From Phoronis australis (Eukaryota; Animalia; Phoronida), in contig NMRA01000428.1 of the NCBI GenBank assembly GCA_002633005.1, positions 225,998 to 289,997 of the forward strand: a stretch of 64,000 nt of DNA. The letters run 5' to 3'. A program made the position numbers and the translations under genes. Shown piece after piece: positions 1 to 13,321 of this stretch. Within the stretch, counting starts at the first letter, position 1, and each line of letters starts with the position of its first letter. Below the pieces are notes generated by a model, which searched no databases, was not told where the DNA came from, and was given only the letters and a program-made list of their open reading frames with translations.

Positions 1-1029
1 AACATAACAAGGTCACATTTTCTTCGTCTATTCACAGTTATTCCACGACCCATCTACCATATCTTAAGTTGTTTTAACGTTTTAAGCGTAAAATTCACCA
101 TAAGAACTCCAGTAAGTTTTAGCGCGTGTAGCAAAGACTCGGGGCAAAACAAGAGCAACATGGCGGGTTTTGCCCCCTTTCCGGTGACGTCACAGTGACT
201 AGCGAGAAACTCGCAAGTGAGCTATTGTCATCATTGGACGTGATTGACAACTGCAAATGCTGTCGACCATGACATCGATGGAAGCTTGAGAATAAACTGC
301 CGGCTACAATTACAATAAATGTACATCATAGATTGGCTTTTAAGATTATTTTGTGCCCCGACAACACGGATGACCGGTTGGTCTACAAGAGTAACTGATT
401 TATTCCCTTTAGCGTTTTATTGCATGCGTTCACTCAAACAGGGGTGCCACCTAACACTAAAATGTGAACAACAAATAGTTACGCCTTCGCCAATAAGAGC
501 GCAGCGAGCCCTGATAAATGAATTCAACCAACAAATCGAATGCGCAACATTATAACGGAACTTTGCAGTAAGAGCAGCACAAAATTGTGGGAATTGATAC
601 CACGATGTCGGAATTTGTAGACAATTGTAAATGTTCATTTCGAACGCGGCAAGTCACAGACAGATAATGACTGTTTCGAATGAAATGAGTGTGACTATGA
701 ACTTGTCCCTTTTTGTGGTCAGTTCGAAGTGAAAAGGTAGGTGACGTTTTTGGCTGATCGGATGTCGGTTCAGTTCCCCGTTAAGTGTCTGTCGGACCAT
801 AAGTCATCATTGACCAAACCACAATGTCTTATATTGTAGGTCAAACAGAAATGGGATGGAACTTGACATGCTTCGAAATTATTTTTGAGTCAACTCTGAT
901 GCACCTAACTACTGACTTTCGAAATAGCGTTGTCATATCGAAATTCACCAACCCGCCTCTGAGGCGACAATCCGAGTATAGTTCAGTAACGCAAGGATCT
1001 CTATAAAAAGATTACGTGAGGTATTTTAA

Positions 1030-1984
1030 ACAGTACACACCATGGACTTTTGCACATTTTGAATTATTAGACTAAATGTATGACGTAAAATTTAGCTAGA
1101 CCCATGTTTATTTTGTGTAATTAGCTCGAAATTTTGATTTTTCTTTCAATTTTGCCAATTTTCACAATTGCCGCCTTGTGACGTCATGGGTTGAACACAA
1201 GAGATCAGTGACTAGCATTGAACAATAGCGGAGAGCAGGGAATTTGAAAGCGACGACGAATTATGAGCAAGAATTGAACAAATACTATGAAGAAACGTAC
1301 GGCAATGGTGGCCAGGATGAGGAAATGGGGTTGCACGAAAGCGAGAACAAGTTTAATTTGCTTCCGGCTGCGTACTTTTCTACTTTGAGCCTTACGAACT
1401 AGATCCTCCCGCGAGAGAAGCGGCCTCGGGCTCGGCGAGTCAACCCAGTCATCCAACAGACGATCCTGAATTAAGAGCTGATGTTTCTGAATGATAAATA
1501 TTGTCCTTTATTGAACCAGGCCTTCATCGTAACGTCTCCTGTGACTGGAGTCGAAACACGAGTCCTCAAAGTGGGCAGAACACAGAGTGGCCCCGGACCG
1601 AATCGCTTGGTCCACGATGACGTCCCACACTCTCGTTCGGCGCACGAAGCGATGCCACTTCTGCGCAACTTTGGTGTCCTCCGGAACACCGAGACGTTGC
1701 CCGCCTGGCTGCTGTTGCTGCAGCCTCCGGAAACACATCTTTTGATCCCTCTACGAACCTTCTCGACGCTAAATGTACTTTGCTTTTTCTTCACTCTATA
1801 CACTTTGTCTCTGATCCGAACAGTATGGCGAACGACTTGGGTTCAACCCATGACGTTGTACATAATTATTATTTTTTTTAATTTTTGCGTGTTTCTTTAT
1901 GAGCTGTGCACTAAAGGCACTAAAATCAAGTAAGATATGATAATAAAATTTGTTTTGAGGTACTAGAGTCATGTTGTGTACACT
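1030..1984 (-). mobile_element. Non-autonomous Kolobok-type DNA transposon carrying a THAP domain remnant (copy 1)
   Basis: TTAA on both sides (1026-1029, 1985-1988); imperfect TIRs ACAGTACACACCATGGAC / AGTGTACACAACATGAC; frameshifted THAP on minus strand (CVSGGCSN..VFRRTP / WHRFV..LCSAHFEDSCF); close second copy at 13322-14263. Confidence 0.8.
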
Positions 1985-2984
1985 TTAAATGAGAGCACGT
2001 GATTGTGGATAGATTTTAGCGCGGTACTAGCGCAGGTCCTAGCGTTACTGGCCACTACACAGGTCCTTCATGGAAAATCTTTCAGTGCCGCCTTTGTACA
2101 AATCCCAAGTCATATGGTCTTAACCGTCTGGTATAAAAAGCGTTTTAAGAACGATTCCATGTACATGTAGAAACACATTAAAATGAAACATCTCTATATA
2201 CTCATACGTGTGCGTGTGTTGTGATGCTGGCTCAAAGTACACTGTTGCAATATTTGCACTCGTTGAACTTTGGTTATCGAGTTATGACATATTTGGCTAT
2301 AAAGGCATACTTCACATTTTTCATGTCAGTAAAATTGTATTTTTGAATGGTAAAAAATCGGACTTGGTGACAAAGTGTAGCATTGGTAGTCGTAAAAATT
2401 CAGGTTAGGCTGGTAACAATAATTGTATTTGCAACTCACACATGAAATTAAGTTTCCAGCAGGGGAAAAATTCCGAGACCACTTTTCAGGCCAGTCACAA
2501 GTGGAAGATGATGCTTGATCTCCCTGCTATATGGAAAATATTTGAAGTTAAAAATTTTTGTAAAGACTCTTCTAAGATAGCATTTTGAAAAATGCTTTTA
2601 AAACAAAATGATCTCATAGCTTTAGTGGTACACGTGGCATTCGAATTTGGATTTTTTTGGGTTTTGGTCTCACTCTGACTGACAAGAGCATTCAGGCTAT
2701 ATTTGGAGTTCAGAGACATTACCTAAAACGTATGCTCCAATATCACCAATGCAACATCAAAAATATTTCCATTTTGAGACTCTAATTTGCTGAAACACTC
2801 CACGTTTTGTTTAACTTATTCAACGGCAGTTCAAAGATCTACGTGCACTTGTCGTCACTGCAAGAATACAGAGGATCCGCATGATGTTGCTTCTTTTTGC
2901 CGGGACCTGGGACCTTTTGGTAAGCGTGCGAGAAACCCAGTATAATGTCTGATTGGATTTTTTTATTCGACAGGTGATCCCGAA

Positions 2985-3060
2985 AGCTTAGTGGACGAGA
3001 GCGTCTGCACAGATAGCAGAAGGTCCGTGTTCGAGTACCCAATGTGGCAGAAATGTTTCT
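2985..3060 (+). repeat. tRNA-like (SINE-head-like) segment in MFS intron 2; paralogue near 23055-23125
   Basis: A-box-like GCTTAGTGGACGAGAGCG and B-box-like GTTCGAGTACC; same arrangement in the paralogous intron; no convincing cloverleaf. Confidence 0.4.
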
Positions 3061-3436
3061 AGACTTACGATTCATTAGGTGGCCACAGGTGTCGTGCTGG
3101 CCAGAAAACGCTTGCCAGTGGTGATTAGCAGGAGAGATGGGCAACAAAGCGCCTCATAGAGCGAGGATGACAATACGGAGATGCAGCGAAAACTCGTATC
3201 AGGGGAAAAGATCGAAGAGTGTGTAATCAGCACGAACTTGGTTGCATCTCCAAATTTACATTGCGTGCAATACTGAAAGGAGGAGGGCCAGAGACTATCT
3301 CGGTGCCCACCCTCTGACGTCACCACAGAATCAGAAACAGAAAACAGAGAAAATGGATGTGACCACTGAAGTTGCGAGCTTACATGTATATCCGTGACCA
3401 GACAAACAGGTCACAGCCTGTATAACATCAACTCAC

Positions 3437-3594
3437 CTTTTAGGGAACTTGCCCATCACAAAAGTTAACACAGGCGAAACCACGAGATAACTCAAGGATG
3501 CAATTGACAGGGCGCTAGCTACAGATGCGTAGTTGCTATTGGTTCGTTTGATGAGGTCTGGTAGACATATGCCAACGTTTGTTAATTGACAACC
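3437..3594 (-). CDS. MFS transporter copy A, coding exon 2 (gene continues off the left edge)
   Basis: AG/GT-bounded 158-bp exon, open: GCQLTNVGICLPDLIKRTNSNYASVASALSIASLSYLVVSPVLTFVMGKFPK; same length and phase as 23302-23459. Confidence 0.85.
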
Positions 3595-4322
3595 CTAGGA
3601 ATAAATATGAACAATGAGAAAATGGGAGTGCTAATTAAGCTCTGAGAATCCTAAATGCGTCCGGCTATCAAAACAGAGACGTGCCACGCATTGATAGTGT
3701 ACCTTTAAAACGTCATTCTTATTTATTTTTACGAGCAATTATAGGAGAAATCTTCATTTTCGTCTAGTCTCCATGGAATATATTACTAAAATCGGTTTGT
3801 CCACGTTTGGTGCTTCTTGAGAACAGAGGCCACGGAGTAGAAAATGACGCCATGCCAGGAGTCTTCAATGATCGTAAGGAGTAGAAGAGACGATTGTCTG
3901 AATATTTCACAGGAATTCAATGTTTTTCGGGACTTACGCTCTACTTCACATTCTAGAAGTTTAGCGTATTTTTTAAGTATTCCACACAAGCCAGGTGTTT
4001 TTGTGTACCATTAAACGAAAACATTCTCATCTTGCATTTTCTTATTTTATCTAATGTTAAATCCTACATCATCTATTTCATTATTTTAATACATTACAGT
4101 TATATAATATCGGTGTTTTGACAGGTAATATCGCAGAAACGTCTGGTTTTGAGTATACGTAAGGACAAATTGTTACTCTAGTAAACTAAACGTGTTAAGC
4201 CAATTGCAGTTTGTGAAGGGAAACGTCCTCATCTGACCCCAAATCCCACTAAATAATAACTGACTACGCAAGCCTGGGGTTCTCTTTTTGCGTAAGTGCA
4301 ATAGAAATGCCAAAAAACTTAC

Positions 4323-4478
4323 CAATACAAAGAAGATTACAGTGAATGCCAAGGATTTACAAATGAAGTAATTTCGTGTTCCCACCGGAAGATCTGGTTG
4401 CAGTATTTCCTCAATGGGTTCTTCTTCGTCAGTCTTCGGGTGATTTCTCCCATTCGTCACATTTTGTAAACTGTGCAT
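4323..4478 (-). CDS. MFS transporter copy A, coding exon 1
   Basis: ATG at 4478, MHSLQNVTNGRNHP...FTVIFFVL then GTAAGT donor; 156 bp, paralogous to 24182-24337. Confidence 0.8.
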
Positions 4479-6044
4479 TTTGATAATTTGAGTATCACAA
4501 AGTGTTCCCTGCTGTCATAGAATTACAAACTGAAACAATATCAAAAAAAAAGAAAAATAAAAAAACAGAATTTCCACGTTGATTATAAACTTCACTCGTC
4601 AAATACAACATGGAATATTATGACTGTTTTAATACCCTCCACCCATATTTATAGATTCATAAATGTATAATGCGTAACAAAGTGTGTGTTCTTAAGCATG
4701 GATTTGCTGTTTTGATAACGGATAAGCAAAAACATTGCACCCACACGAATGAGGGTGTACACGTGAATGAGTTTTCATTACAGGCAAAGTGCATCGTTTG
4801 ATGAATTCCTGAGGCTGCTAAAGTACCCATTCAGTTCACAAAGCGTGGCAAGACTGACCAAATAGTGCATACTTAAAATAAAATTTGAAGCATGCAATCA
4901 AACGTTGACGGAAACCGTTTACAGTTACAGTTTTCAGTCATATTCTTTACAAGTTAAATTTTCTCTGACGTCACGTGATCTGTACAAGCCGACACCTCTC
5001 CCACAATGAATTAGAAAACCCACAACAGCGTTAGTAATTGAGTTGGTTTTGCAATACAAACAATTCCAAAATCCCGACTTATTTCAGGATTCTCGACAGC
5101 TTAAATATACAGAATCATGTACAGTGACTTACAAATCACTGATCGCGGTGGGTAAAAATGCCATGATGATGTCATAATGAAGACTTTTATTACCACCCAT
5201 ATTGTTAGCTTCGTTCTGACTACATACACTGTAATAACCGCTGGAAACGAGAAGTGATAAAACTTGCCTCATTCCCGACTTGATGTTTTAAGACCCGTCC
5301 CAAAACAAAAAACAAAACAAGCGACATTGCCACTGAGAGTAATCAGGGCGCCGAGACGACATACATCATTACGATACAATGTTTGAAGACGAAATTGAAA
5401 CTGTCGTCACTGAGTGCTAGGGGTTTTCCAAGGTAGTAGACAGATTATGGTACCGAAGTACTGGGAGTATAGAGCTCGATATCAGTTTAAAAGAGTATTT
5501 CCTTCAAGCGCACTGCCTATGGCAAATCGAAAACAGGTTAACGAATGATAAAATTGACATTGGGTCACTGAAGTCCATGCAACAATAGATATTAGATGTG
5601 CACCTCAAACTGCACTCAAACTGCAAGAAAACCGAATTGTGATGACACATTTCTGCCACATTCTATAGATCTGTTTGGCCCTCTGCTACGGCGTCATTCA
5701 TGAATTCCTAAGTGTTAATCGTATCTGTGAGTTACAATTTTCCAACAATGTTTTTGCCTTGCTTGCAGACTTTGGCTTACATAATGCTAGACACTCAGTC
5801 ACATAATCTTCATGTAATAGGTGATCAGAACCATATTGAGATTGTGCTTTTGTTTTCGACATAGTGGTCTTTTTTCGCGGCTAGTGAAATCAAACTATTT
5901 AGGTTTGGACATTTTTCTAGTCATTTTGTTTTTTTGATGATGGCCTGCTGTATATTTATTTCATTTTAACCTTAAAACAACGGAAAGTATAATTAAATGT
6001 CCAACCTAATCGATGAGACAATAGCAAACTTGTTGCATATAGAC

Positions 6045-6830
6045 AGATTATTTCATAGCGAAGTGGTTTTCCCACGTAATCTAGAGCCCAGCTGGATCTT
6101 GGAGAATTCTACAAAATCTACGAGGGCTCTAGATGAGTGTGCTAACCACTGGCAAATGCAAGAATTTATTTATATCACATACCGAAAGATAAACATTGCA
6201 ATGAACCGATTTACATATGCATTTCTCGCCTCGCCACGGCTTTGTACATGTCAAAGGTTCGAGGTAGGAGGTCGTGACCTTTTAGAAACGCCGAGTTATT
6301 CTAGTTAAAAATGTTTTTACTCAAACGAATTGAAAATTTAAACATAACAGAAATAAGTTGAATCTATAAAACAAGTTTTAAGCAACAAATCTAGCTTACT
6401 ACACATTTTATCGTACTAAGCCTCCCCCGCGAAAATATCGTCTGCTAAAGTAGGTTACCACAGGTTACTGAGTATAATGTCCAAGTAAAAGGGTTCCTAA
6501 CGACATGTTACCCGCATTTAAACTGGATATCGATGGTTTCTAAGTTAGAGAAATGTCAGATAAAATTTATTGACTTAAAATGTTGTTTTTATTGAAGTTG
6601 AGTTTGTTGTTTTTCACAGCGTATAAAAGTCAGTACAATGTCGTTTGTTGAACATGCAATTAGTGCGAAATTTTCTATTTACACGTTCGCAACGGTTAAG
6701 TGGACGACTTGAAACAAGCGAAGCGGGTTCGAAACCGTCCTTCGCCCTTCCAAAATGTTATTCAACACGCTTTGAACAACGCTAGGGGTTATTTAACGAC
6801 CATGTCAGTTTAATAATGTTCCATAAGTGT
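6045..6830 (+). mobile_element. Unclassified ~0.8-kb repeat (terminal palindrome + body + tRNA-like segment), degenerate copy
   Basis: Aligns by eye with 11495-12331 and, inverted, with 33705-34555; contains the TCTAGAGCCC...GGGCTCTAGA hairpin and GGGTTCGAAACC. Confidence 0.65.
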
Positions 6831-6849
6831 ACTTAATGAAAGTAAAACA

Positions 6850-8300
6850 GTTGCGTTACAAGTTCTTCAATTTCTTAAATCAAATCACTACATTGGCAAA
6901 ACATTTAACTTCATGTACAGGTAACCGTGAAATAAAAAACTACACGTGTGCCACAGACGTACATGCACAGTATGAAGAATTTCAACAACAGGTGTCGCCA
7001 TACAGTGTAGATTAAATATACCGTTTAGGCGACTGGTGCCTATATTACAATTTACAGCGCTACAATCTAATGCAAAAAGTAAACTAACAACACAGAAAAC
7101 CATGCATTGTTATTTACCTAATGCATTCATTGCAGTGATATATTTTTCTTGATTGATCTTTTGACACAAGTATTGACTTAAAAGTTCCAACTGCGGCACT
7201 TGTCGCACCATTTCAATGACAGGCATGTTATTCAGCACCCACATTTTCAACGTCTCTCACTAAAGGAAATCTGATGATTTATGTTGCAGTGGCGTTGCAA
7301 GGGGAACACAAAGAAAATTGCAACTGGGATCCACTCAAAAGGGGACGCCGTTAGATCCCTGAAAGATAAAGAGTGACTATGACTCAAGGTTTTGTTTACT
7401 TGAACGGAGAAAAAAAAATGTTAACGCACACCCACCTTCGCACAGACAGGTTTAAAGGTAGGTCACTGGCGAAGCCAAGACGATTAAGAATGAGACATGT
7501 CTCAGTACATGCAAAAATATCCTCACTTCGCTCACTAATTTTCAATTTTGTGTTTGACACTCAGTTCACTTCAAAATGCTTCCAGGTTGCCACTCATTTT
7601 GCGCACCCCTTACCAGTTGCTAACACCCTTTCTGGCTAAGCCTGTGGTTAAGGGGGGGCAATGAAAGTAAAACGATCCTTCCGGACATGACCAAAGTCGC
7701 TTTCTTAGATTTCACACAATTCCTTCAAAAATTGACTCTTGTTCGTCCACTTGCCACACACTGTACGCCACTTTATCCAGTCACAGTAACTGGCAATGAT
7801 GTTTGTGTTCTCAGAGACTTTGACCTGCGATCAAGTGAGGCTACATTATTTTTGTGGATCGTAAGATTAGATTTCTGACCTTCATGTAATTCTTAAATCA
7901 CTTTTCACAAAACAGACTTCAGTAAACGTACGGGGTTGTAAACGAATTATGAGTAATGATTCGTTAAATTGTCTGGACCCACGGTTGACTCCTCAAATTC
8001 AAGTTAAACTGAATTTTCACTTCCATATACTCTGTACTTGGAAATGAGTCATGATTTTTGATCCCAGTGCAAAAGACACTCAAAGCTGCGTGTACTTCCA
8101 TTCTATAAAAACTATCGTGGAAAGTTCAATTGCAAGTCTTAACTGCGATTATTGTTTGAATATGCAAGGCTATGCGACTTTGGGGATTGATATATCCGCC
8201 CCAAAGACAGTGATTCGTTTCCAACAGCCTTATTCGCAAAACTCGGTTCCCGCTAGTATCTTACTAGCTGTACAAGAACACCACAATACCTCGACAAGTT
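6850..8300. repeat. Segmental duplication block (3' flank of MFS gene), paralogous to ~12340-14720
   Basis: Colinear similarity throughout; contains the empty TTAA site (CATGTAATTCTTAAATCAC, ~7883-7901) for the insertion at 13322. Confidence 0.8.
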
Positions 8301-8770
8301 AACATAATAGACGTTTGAAGACAGTGTCCCCATTACGGCTACAATACGGTTTTTTGTCGTCTTGACGCCACAGTACCTTGTCCATCCCGCAACGTTTAGA
8401 CAAATATACTTCTTGTTTGTCAACGCAATCAAATTCCCCATCATCATCATCATCTTTGAGAAAAGTTTCAAACTCTTTTAAAGGACCTTCTTCTGATATT
8501 GTTTCCTCAATCCAAGCCTTCCCTTGAAGTTGTGCAGCATGCTGACTTGCAGGGATCTGAAGTAATATTACAAACAACAACCCCAAACGGGTCAGCCCAA
8601 GGCAAATATTCATTAAGGACATCTGACCGATATTCTGCGTACGTGCAGCAGAAATGCGAACAAAACTTACTGTTACGAAGTAGACCAGAGTGAATGTCAA
8701 TGATTTACAAAAGATGTAATTTCGTGTTCCTGCGATTTCTCCCATTCGTCATATTTTGTAAACAGCGCAT
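8299..8770 (-). pseudogene. MFS transporter copy B, internally collapsed (exon 1 + start of intron 1 fused to the end of the last exon)
   Basis: 148-aa ORF: GTRNYIFCKSLTFTLVYFVT matches exon 1, VSFVRISAART is translated intron 1 (GTAAGT...), QNIGQMSLM...DDDDDGEFDCVDKQEV matches the C-terminus of the 14727-15910 exon; exon 1 also has an internal deletion. Confidence 0.85.
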
Positions 8771-10790
8771 TTGGAGAGTTTGGGTTCCACAAAGCAGTGT
8801 TCCCTGCTGTCATAAAATTGCAAACTGAAACACTTAATATCAAGAAAAAACGAACTTCAATCGTCAAATACAAGGAGTATTAGGACTGTTTTCATACTCT
8901 CCACCCGTGTGTAAAAGATTTATGAATGCATATTGTGTAAGACAGGTGTGTTCTTAAGCGTGTATTATATAATACTTGGTATTTTGATAACTGGCGAGCA
9001 AAAACATTGTACGCACGAGGATGATGATGGACAGACAAATGAGATTCCACCACAGCAAAGTGCATGGTTTAATGTATTCCTAAGGCCGCTACATACCCGT
9101 TCAGTTGAAGTTCGCAAACTATAGCGTGACTGGCCAAACTGTGCATTTTGAAGAGTTCAAATATCCCTGCGTTGCATAATTACTGTAGGACTTGCTTTAC
9201 CAAAACGACGTTTATCGATAAAATATACACTGGCATTAAATGTACAGCAAAAACGTGGACACTTTTGATCAAATTTTAAGCATGCAATCAAGCAGTAACG
9301 AAGCAATGAACGGTTTCAATTTCCAGTCACATTGTCAACAAGTCAAATTTTCTATAACGTCACAGGATTTTTACATTAAGCCTCCGCCTCTCTCACAATG
9401 AATTTGAAAAATAATTGAATAGCTTTGGTATAGAAAATAATTCTCGAATTCTGACTCACTTCAAGGTTCACGACAGCCTAAATATACGGAATCCTACACA
9501 GTGACCTTCAAATCACTGATCGCGGATATAAAATACCCAAAACGTCACGAAAGGACATGAATCCCGATTCCGGATCACAAAAACGCTCTTCAACCCCTTA
9601 GTATATGTAAAATGGAAGTCATTCCAGTCAATGTTGAATAGAAACTGAAAAAAGGCAAATGTGTATGTATTTTAGGAAAATATATAGTGAAACAATATGT
9701 ATGAAAGATTTTATGTACTTGTGCGTTTTCAATTTGTTTTATCGTTGTACTCATTGTTGAACAGCTAACATACTAACCAGGAACATTCCTATCTCTGCAT
9801 ATTCTATCAAACCCACTGTCACATATGCAAATTTTACATGAGTTAAAATTATCCTTCCGTGTCAAGACTACTTGTTGAAATTCGCGTAAAGCGTAGACGA
9901 ACTACAAGTTTCTTCCAAGACAAGATATCCCTTCTGGTTTAAGGAAAAATGATTACATTTTCATGACGTTTAACTTAGTATGTCATAAGCTAGACTTGGA
10001 AGAAATGCGGGTTAATAGCACGTTCAAGAGTTATGTGATGCATATGAACCCCCTGAAGCTATCAAATTTCCGAGACTGTCACGGTTTTACTGAAAGTTCG
10101 AACGTCACCAGACCTCAAAAAGATGCATATAATAACTATTTATTGACTTTGAAAGCCAAAACTTGTCTTCAAGTCCCAACAAGGGTTGTCCTTTGATGTT
10201 CACCTAGAAGTGGATGCGGCGATTTTGCTTACTAATTACTGATCAAATATATGATTAATATGTACACGTAGGCAGTGTACGTGCATTTTTCTTACATGTA
10301 CAAAAACCATTCATGGTAGCCGATAGGGGTATTTTACTAAAAAGCAACTACGTGCAAACGTAATGAGAAAGCAAGATGTTAAAAACACAGACGAGCATTC
10401 TCGTGAAAATCGGTCTTTACCAAGCATGTACAATTGCTATTGATTCTAACTTTGGTTCATAGAAGAAAATAACAATATAAAATTTTAATTTTAAAATTTA
10501 TAAAAGGTGGTAATTCTACTTCAGTTTTGTTGTTTGCCTCCAAACCGGGTTTCCGAAGATACCCCAGTAAAAAGAAACGTCATCAACTGATTGAAGTTAT
10601 GATGTTTGGTGTCACCTCAATTTAAGTAGTACATAAAAATCAGATTGCACCTTTTAGGCCGAAAAATTCCCTTTACAAGACCGCATAGTTCTATAAGAGG
10701 ACTCTGAGGAAGTTGGAATCAACATCAGCCAGAGTAGAATACTACTTGCTAAACGAGAAATTTCTGTTAACATACATGTACATAAAAACG
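8770..10790. repeat. Segmental duplication block (5' flank of MFS gene), paralogous to 4480-5150 and to 24340-33705 minus its insertions
   Basis: Colinear similarity, e.g. CAAATCACTGATCGCGG near 5132, 9509 and 32262; GAAACTGAAAAAAGGCAAATGTG near 9641 and 32395. Confidence 0.8.
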
Positions 10791-10852
10791 TGGATGTGTA
10801 TGTATGTATATATGTATGTGCGTAGGCATCTATGTTTGCATAGTGTGTTTGT

Positions 10853-10883
<31 letters not shown>

Positions 10884-10930
10884 NNNNNNNNNNNNNNNNN
10901 GTGGGTAAGTGTGGGCGTGTGTGGGTGTAG
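10790..10930. repeat. (GT)n microsatellite containing a 17-N assembly gap (10884-10900)
   Basis: Directly visible. Confidence 0.95.
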
Positions 10931-10994
10931 ATACAATATTAGTATTAGATCCCATTTTGGTTTGCATTTCATTTCATTGGAATAAGAAAAACAA

Positions 10995-11308
10995 ATTACT
11001 TACTGAGAGACGAATTAGTTGGATGCAGACGTTTCGGTATGGTTCGCCACACCTTTGTCGATGAATGAAGTGTCTACCGCCGTGGCCTTAGTTAGTATGT
11101 TTGAGTACAGGGGAGGTAAATGTACACCGCGGTCCCGGTTCATAAAGCAGCGCTCCGTTCTGATGTTTATAGATTCTTTGATCTTGCGTGCAAACCAATT
11201 TTGTTCTTTGCCGATGAACTTGGATGAGGCAAGGGAGACAGAATGTCCATTGGCCAAAGTATGTTCCTGTACAGCTGTTGGTCTGTCTAATTTCTGGTAT
11301 TCATGCAC
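10995..11308 (-). mobile_element. Penelope-like element 3' fragment (GIY-YIG endonuclease C-terminus and degenerate hammerhead)
   Basis: TAVQEHTLANGHSV...KEQNWFARKIKESINIR...MNRDRGVHLPPLYSNIL is the typical PLE endonuclease tail; stem GGTGTGG-CGAA-CCATACC followed by GAAAC. Confidence 0.85.
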
Positions 11309-12331
11309 GATGACGTCAGCTGCTGAATTGCGCAGCTGTTAAGTCGACGGCTCGAACTTCTAGCGCAAGGGGTTCGAAATCGACCGCCGTTTCCGCCAAA
11401 ATGAAGTTCAACACGCGTTGAATAACTATATACATGTAGGTTACTCAACGGTGCTATTGGTCATGTCAGGCTAGCAACGTGGTATAAATATAGTTTATTA
11501 CATGAAGAAGTCGTCATCCCTCCATAATCTAGAGCCTTCGCGCATTTTGGAAAATTATCGTCCTCGCGGACAACGCCCCTAGACCGATAATTCTACAACA
11601 TCTATTAGGGCTTTAGATATGAGGAATAACCACTGGGAACAAGTAATATAAGGATACCATATACTCAGCGATAAACACTGCATCGAATCTATCTACCTGT
11701 TTCGACTCGCCTCGGTTTTGTAACCACTTTCTGAGTCAAAGGCCCGGGTCCAGCGGTCGTGACCTTTTCAGAAACACCGAGTCATTCTTGCTAAAACAAT
11801 GTTTTTACTCAAAACAAATTGAAAATCTAAACAAAATGGACATGAAGTGAATCTATAAAATAACTTTTAAGCAACTAATTTAGATTACTACACATCTTAT
11901 CGTGCTAAGCTCAAACCGTGAAAACGTTGCCTACTAAAGTAGGTTATGACTTTGTAACAGAGTCCAAGTCAAAGGATCTCGACAACATGTTACCGCATTT
12001 AAACTGAATATCGACGATTTACATGTGGGAGAAATGAGAGATAAACTTTGCATATTTAAAAATATCGTTTTATTGAAATTGTGCTTGGCATTTTTCACAA
12101 CGTATCAATGTCTGTGCAATGTCGTTTGGCGAACATGCGATTATTGCGCGTCCTCATTTAAGTATTAGTATTCTATTTTCACGTTCAATGACGTCAGCTG
12201 TTGAGTGGAGCAGCGGTTAAGTCGACGGCTCGAAAACTCTAGCGAAGAGAGTTCAAAACAGTCCTCTGTTCTTCAACGGGCGTTGTTATTTAACGGTTGT
12301 ATTGGACATGTCGGGCTCATAATGTGGTGAA
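11308..12331 (+). mobile_element. Unclassified palindrome + tRNA-like repeat: partial copy (11308-11488) then full copy (11495-12331), head-to-tail
   Basis: tRNA-like segment occurs twice (~11320, ~12195); partial copy ends GTGGTATAA and the next starts TTATTACATG followed by the TCTAGAGCC...GGCTTTAGA hairpin. Confidence 0.65.
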
Positions 12332-13321
12332 AGTGCACTGAATGAAAGCAAAGCAGTTACATTACAAGTGTGACCATAGATTAAGAGCTACAAAGCTCAT
12401 TCAAAAAGTAAATTAGCAACATAATAATCATGGGATGTCATTGACGTACTGCATGGCAGTGACAATTTTTCTTTATTGCTCTCTTGACACAATTATTAAT
12501 TTGACATTCCAAACAAAATTTCCTTTGAGGCCACGTGCCTGCAAAGTTGTAAGCTGTACCTTACTACAGCTTAATGGAGAATGCGGCACTTGTACTTGTT
12601 GCACCACTTCAATAACAGGCGTGTTATTCAGCACCCACATTTTCACCGTCCCTCACTAAAGAAAATCTTATGTTGCAGTGGCGTTGCGAGGGGACACAGG
12701 GGAAATTGCACCGCGGTGCCATTAGAAATGGGACGCCGTGAGATCCCCAAAAGATATAAGGTGGATAATGACAAAATTTCTCCTTTACTTGGACGGTGAC
12801 AAAATGTTAGTGCACGCCCACTTTCGCACAGACAGTTTAGAGCTAGGGCACAGTCGAAGCAGCAGGGAGTAAAATTGAGACATGTCTCAGTTCAGTGCAA
12901 CAATATCCACAATTCGCTCATGAATTGTCAATTTTGTATTTGACACCCTGTTCATTGCAAAATGCTTCCAGGTTGCTACTCATTTTAATCACCCCTCCCT
13001 ACTGGTCGCTACCAATTTCGTGCTCGCCCGCAATTAAACATTTCTGCCTAAGCCTGTATGCAAGGAAGGCAAATGGTCAGCCCAATCCGTCCAGACATGA
13101 CCAAAGACGATTTTTAAAGTTCACAGAATTCTTTCAAAAAGTGAATCTTTTTCGCCCGCTTGCCACACACTATATACGCCACTTCATCCAGTCACAGTAA
13201 TTAGCAATGATGTTTGTGTTCTCAGGATTTTGCCCTTCGCTCAAGTTAGGATTATTTTTCAGAAATAATTGTGTGAAGCGCAAGAGCAAATTTCTGACCT
13301 ACATGTACATGTAATTCTTAA

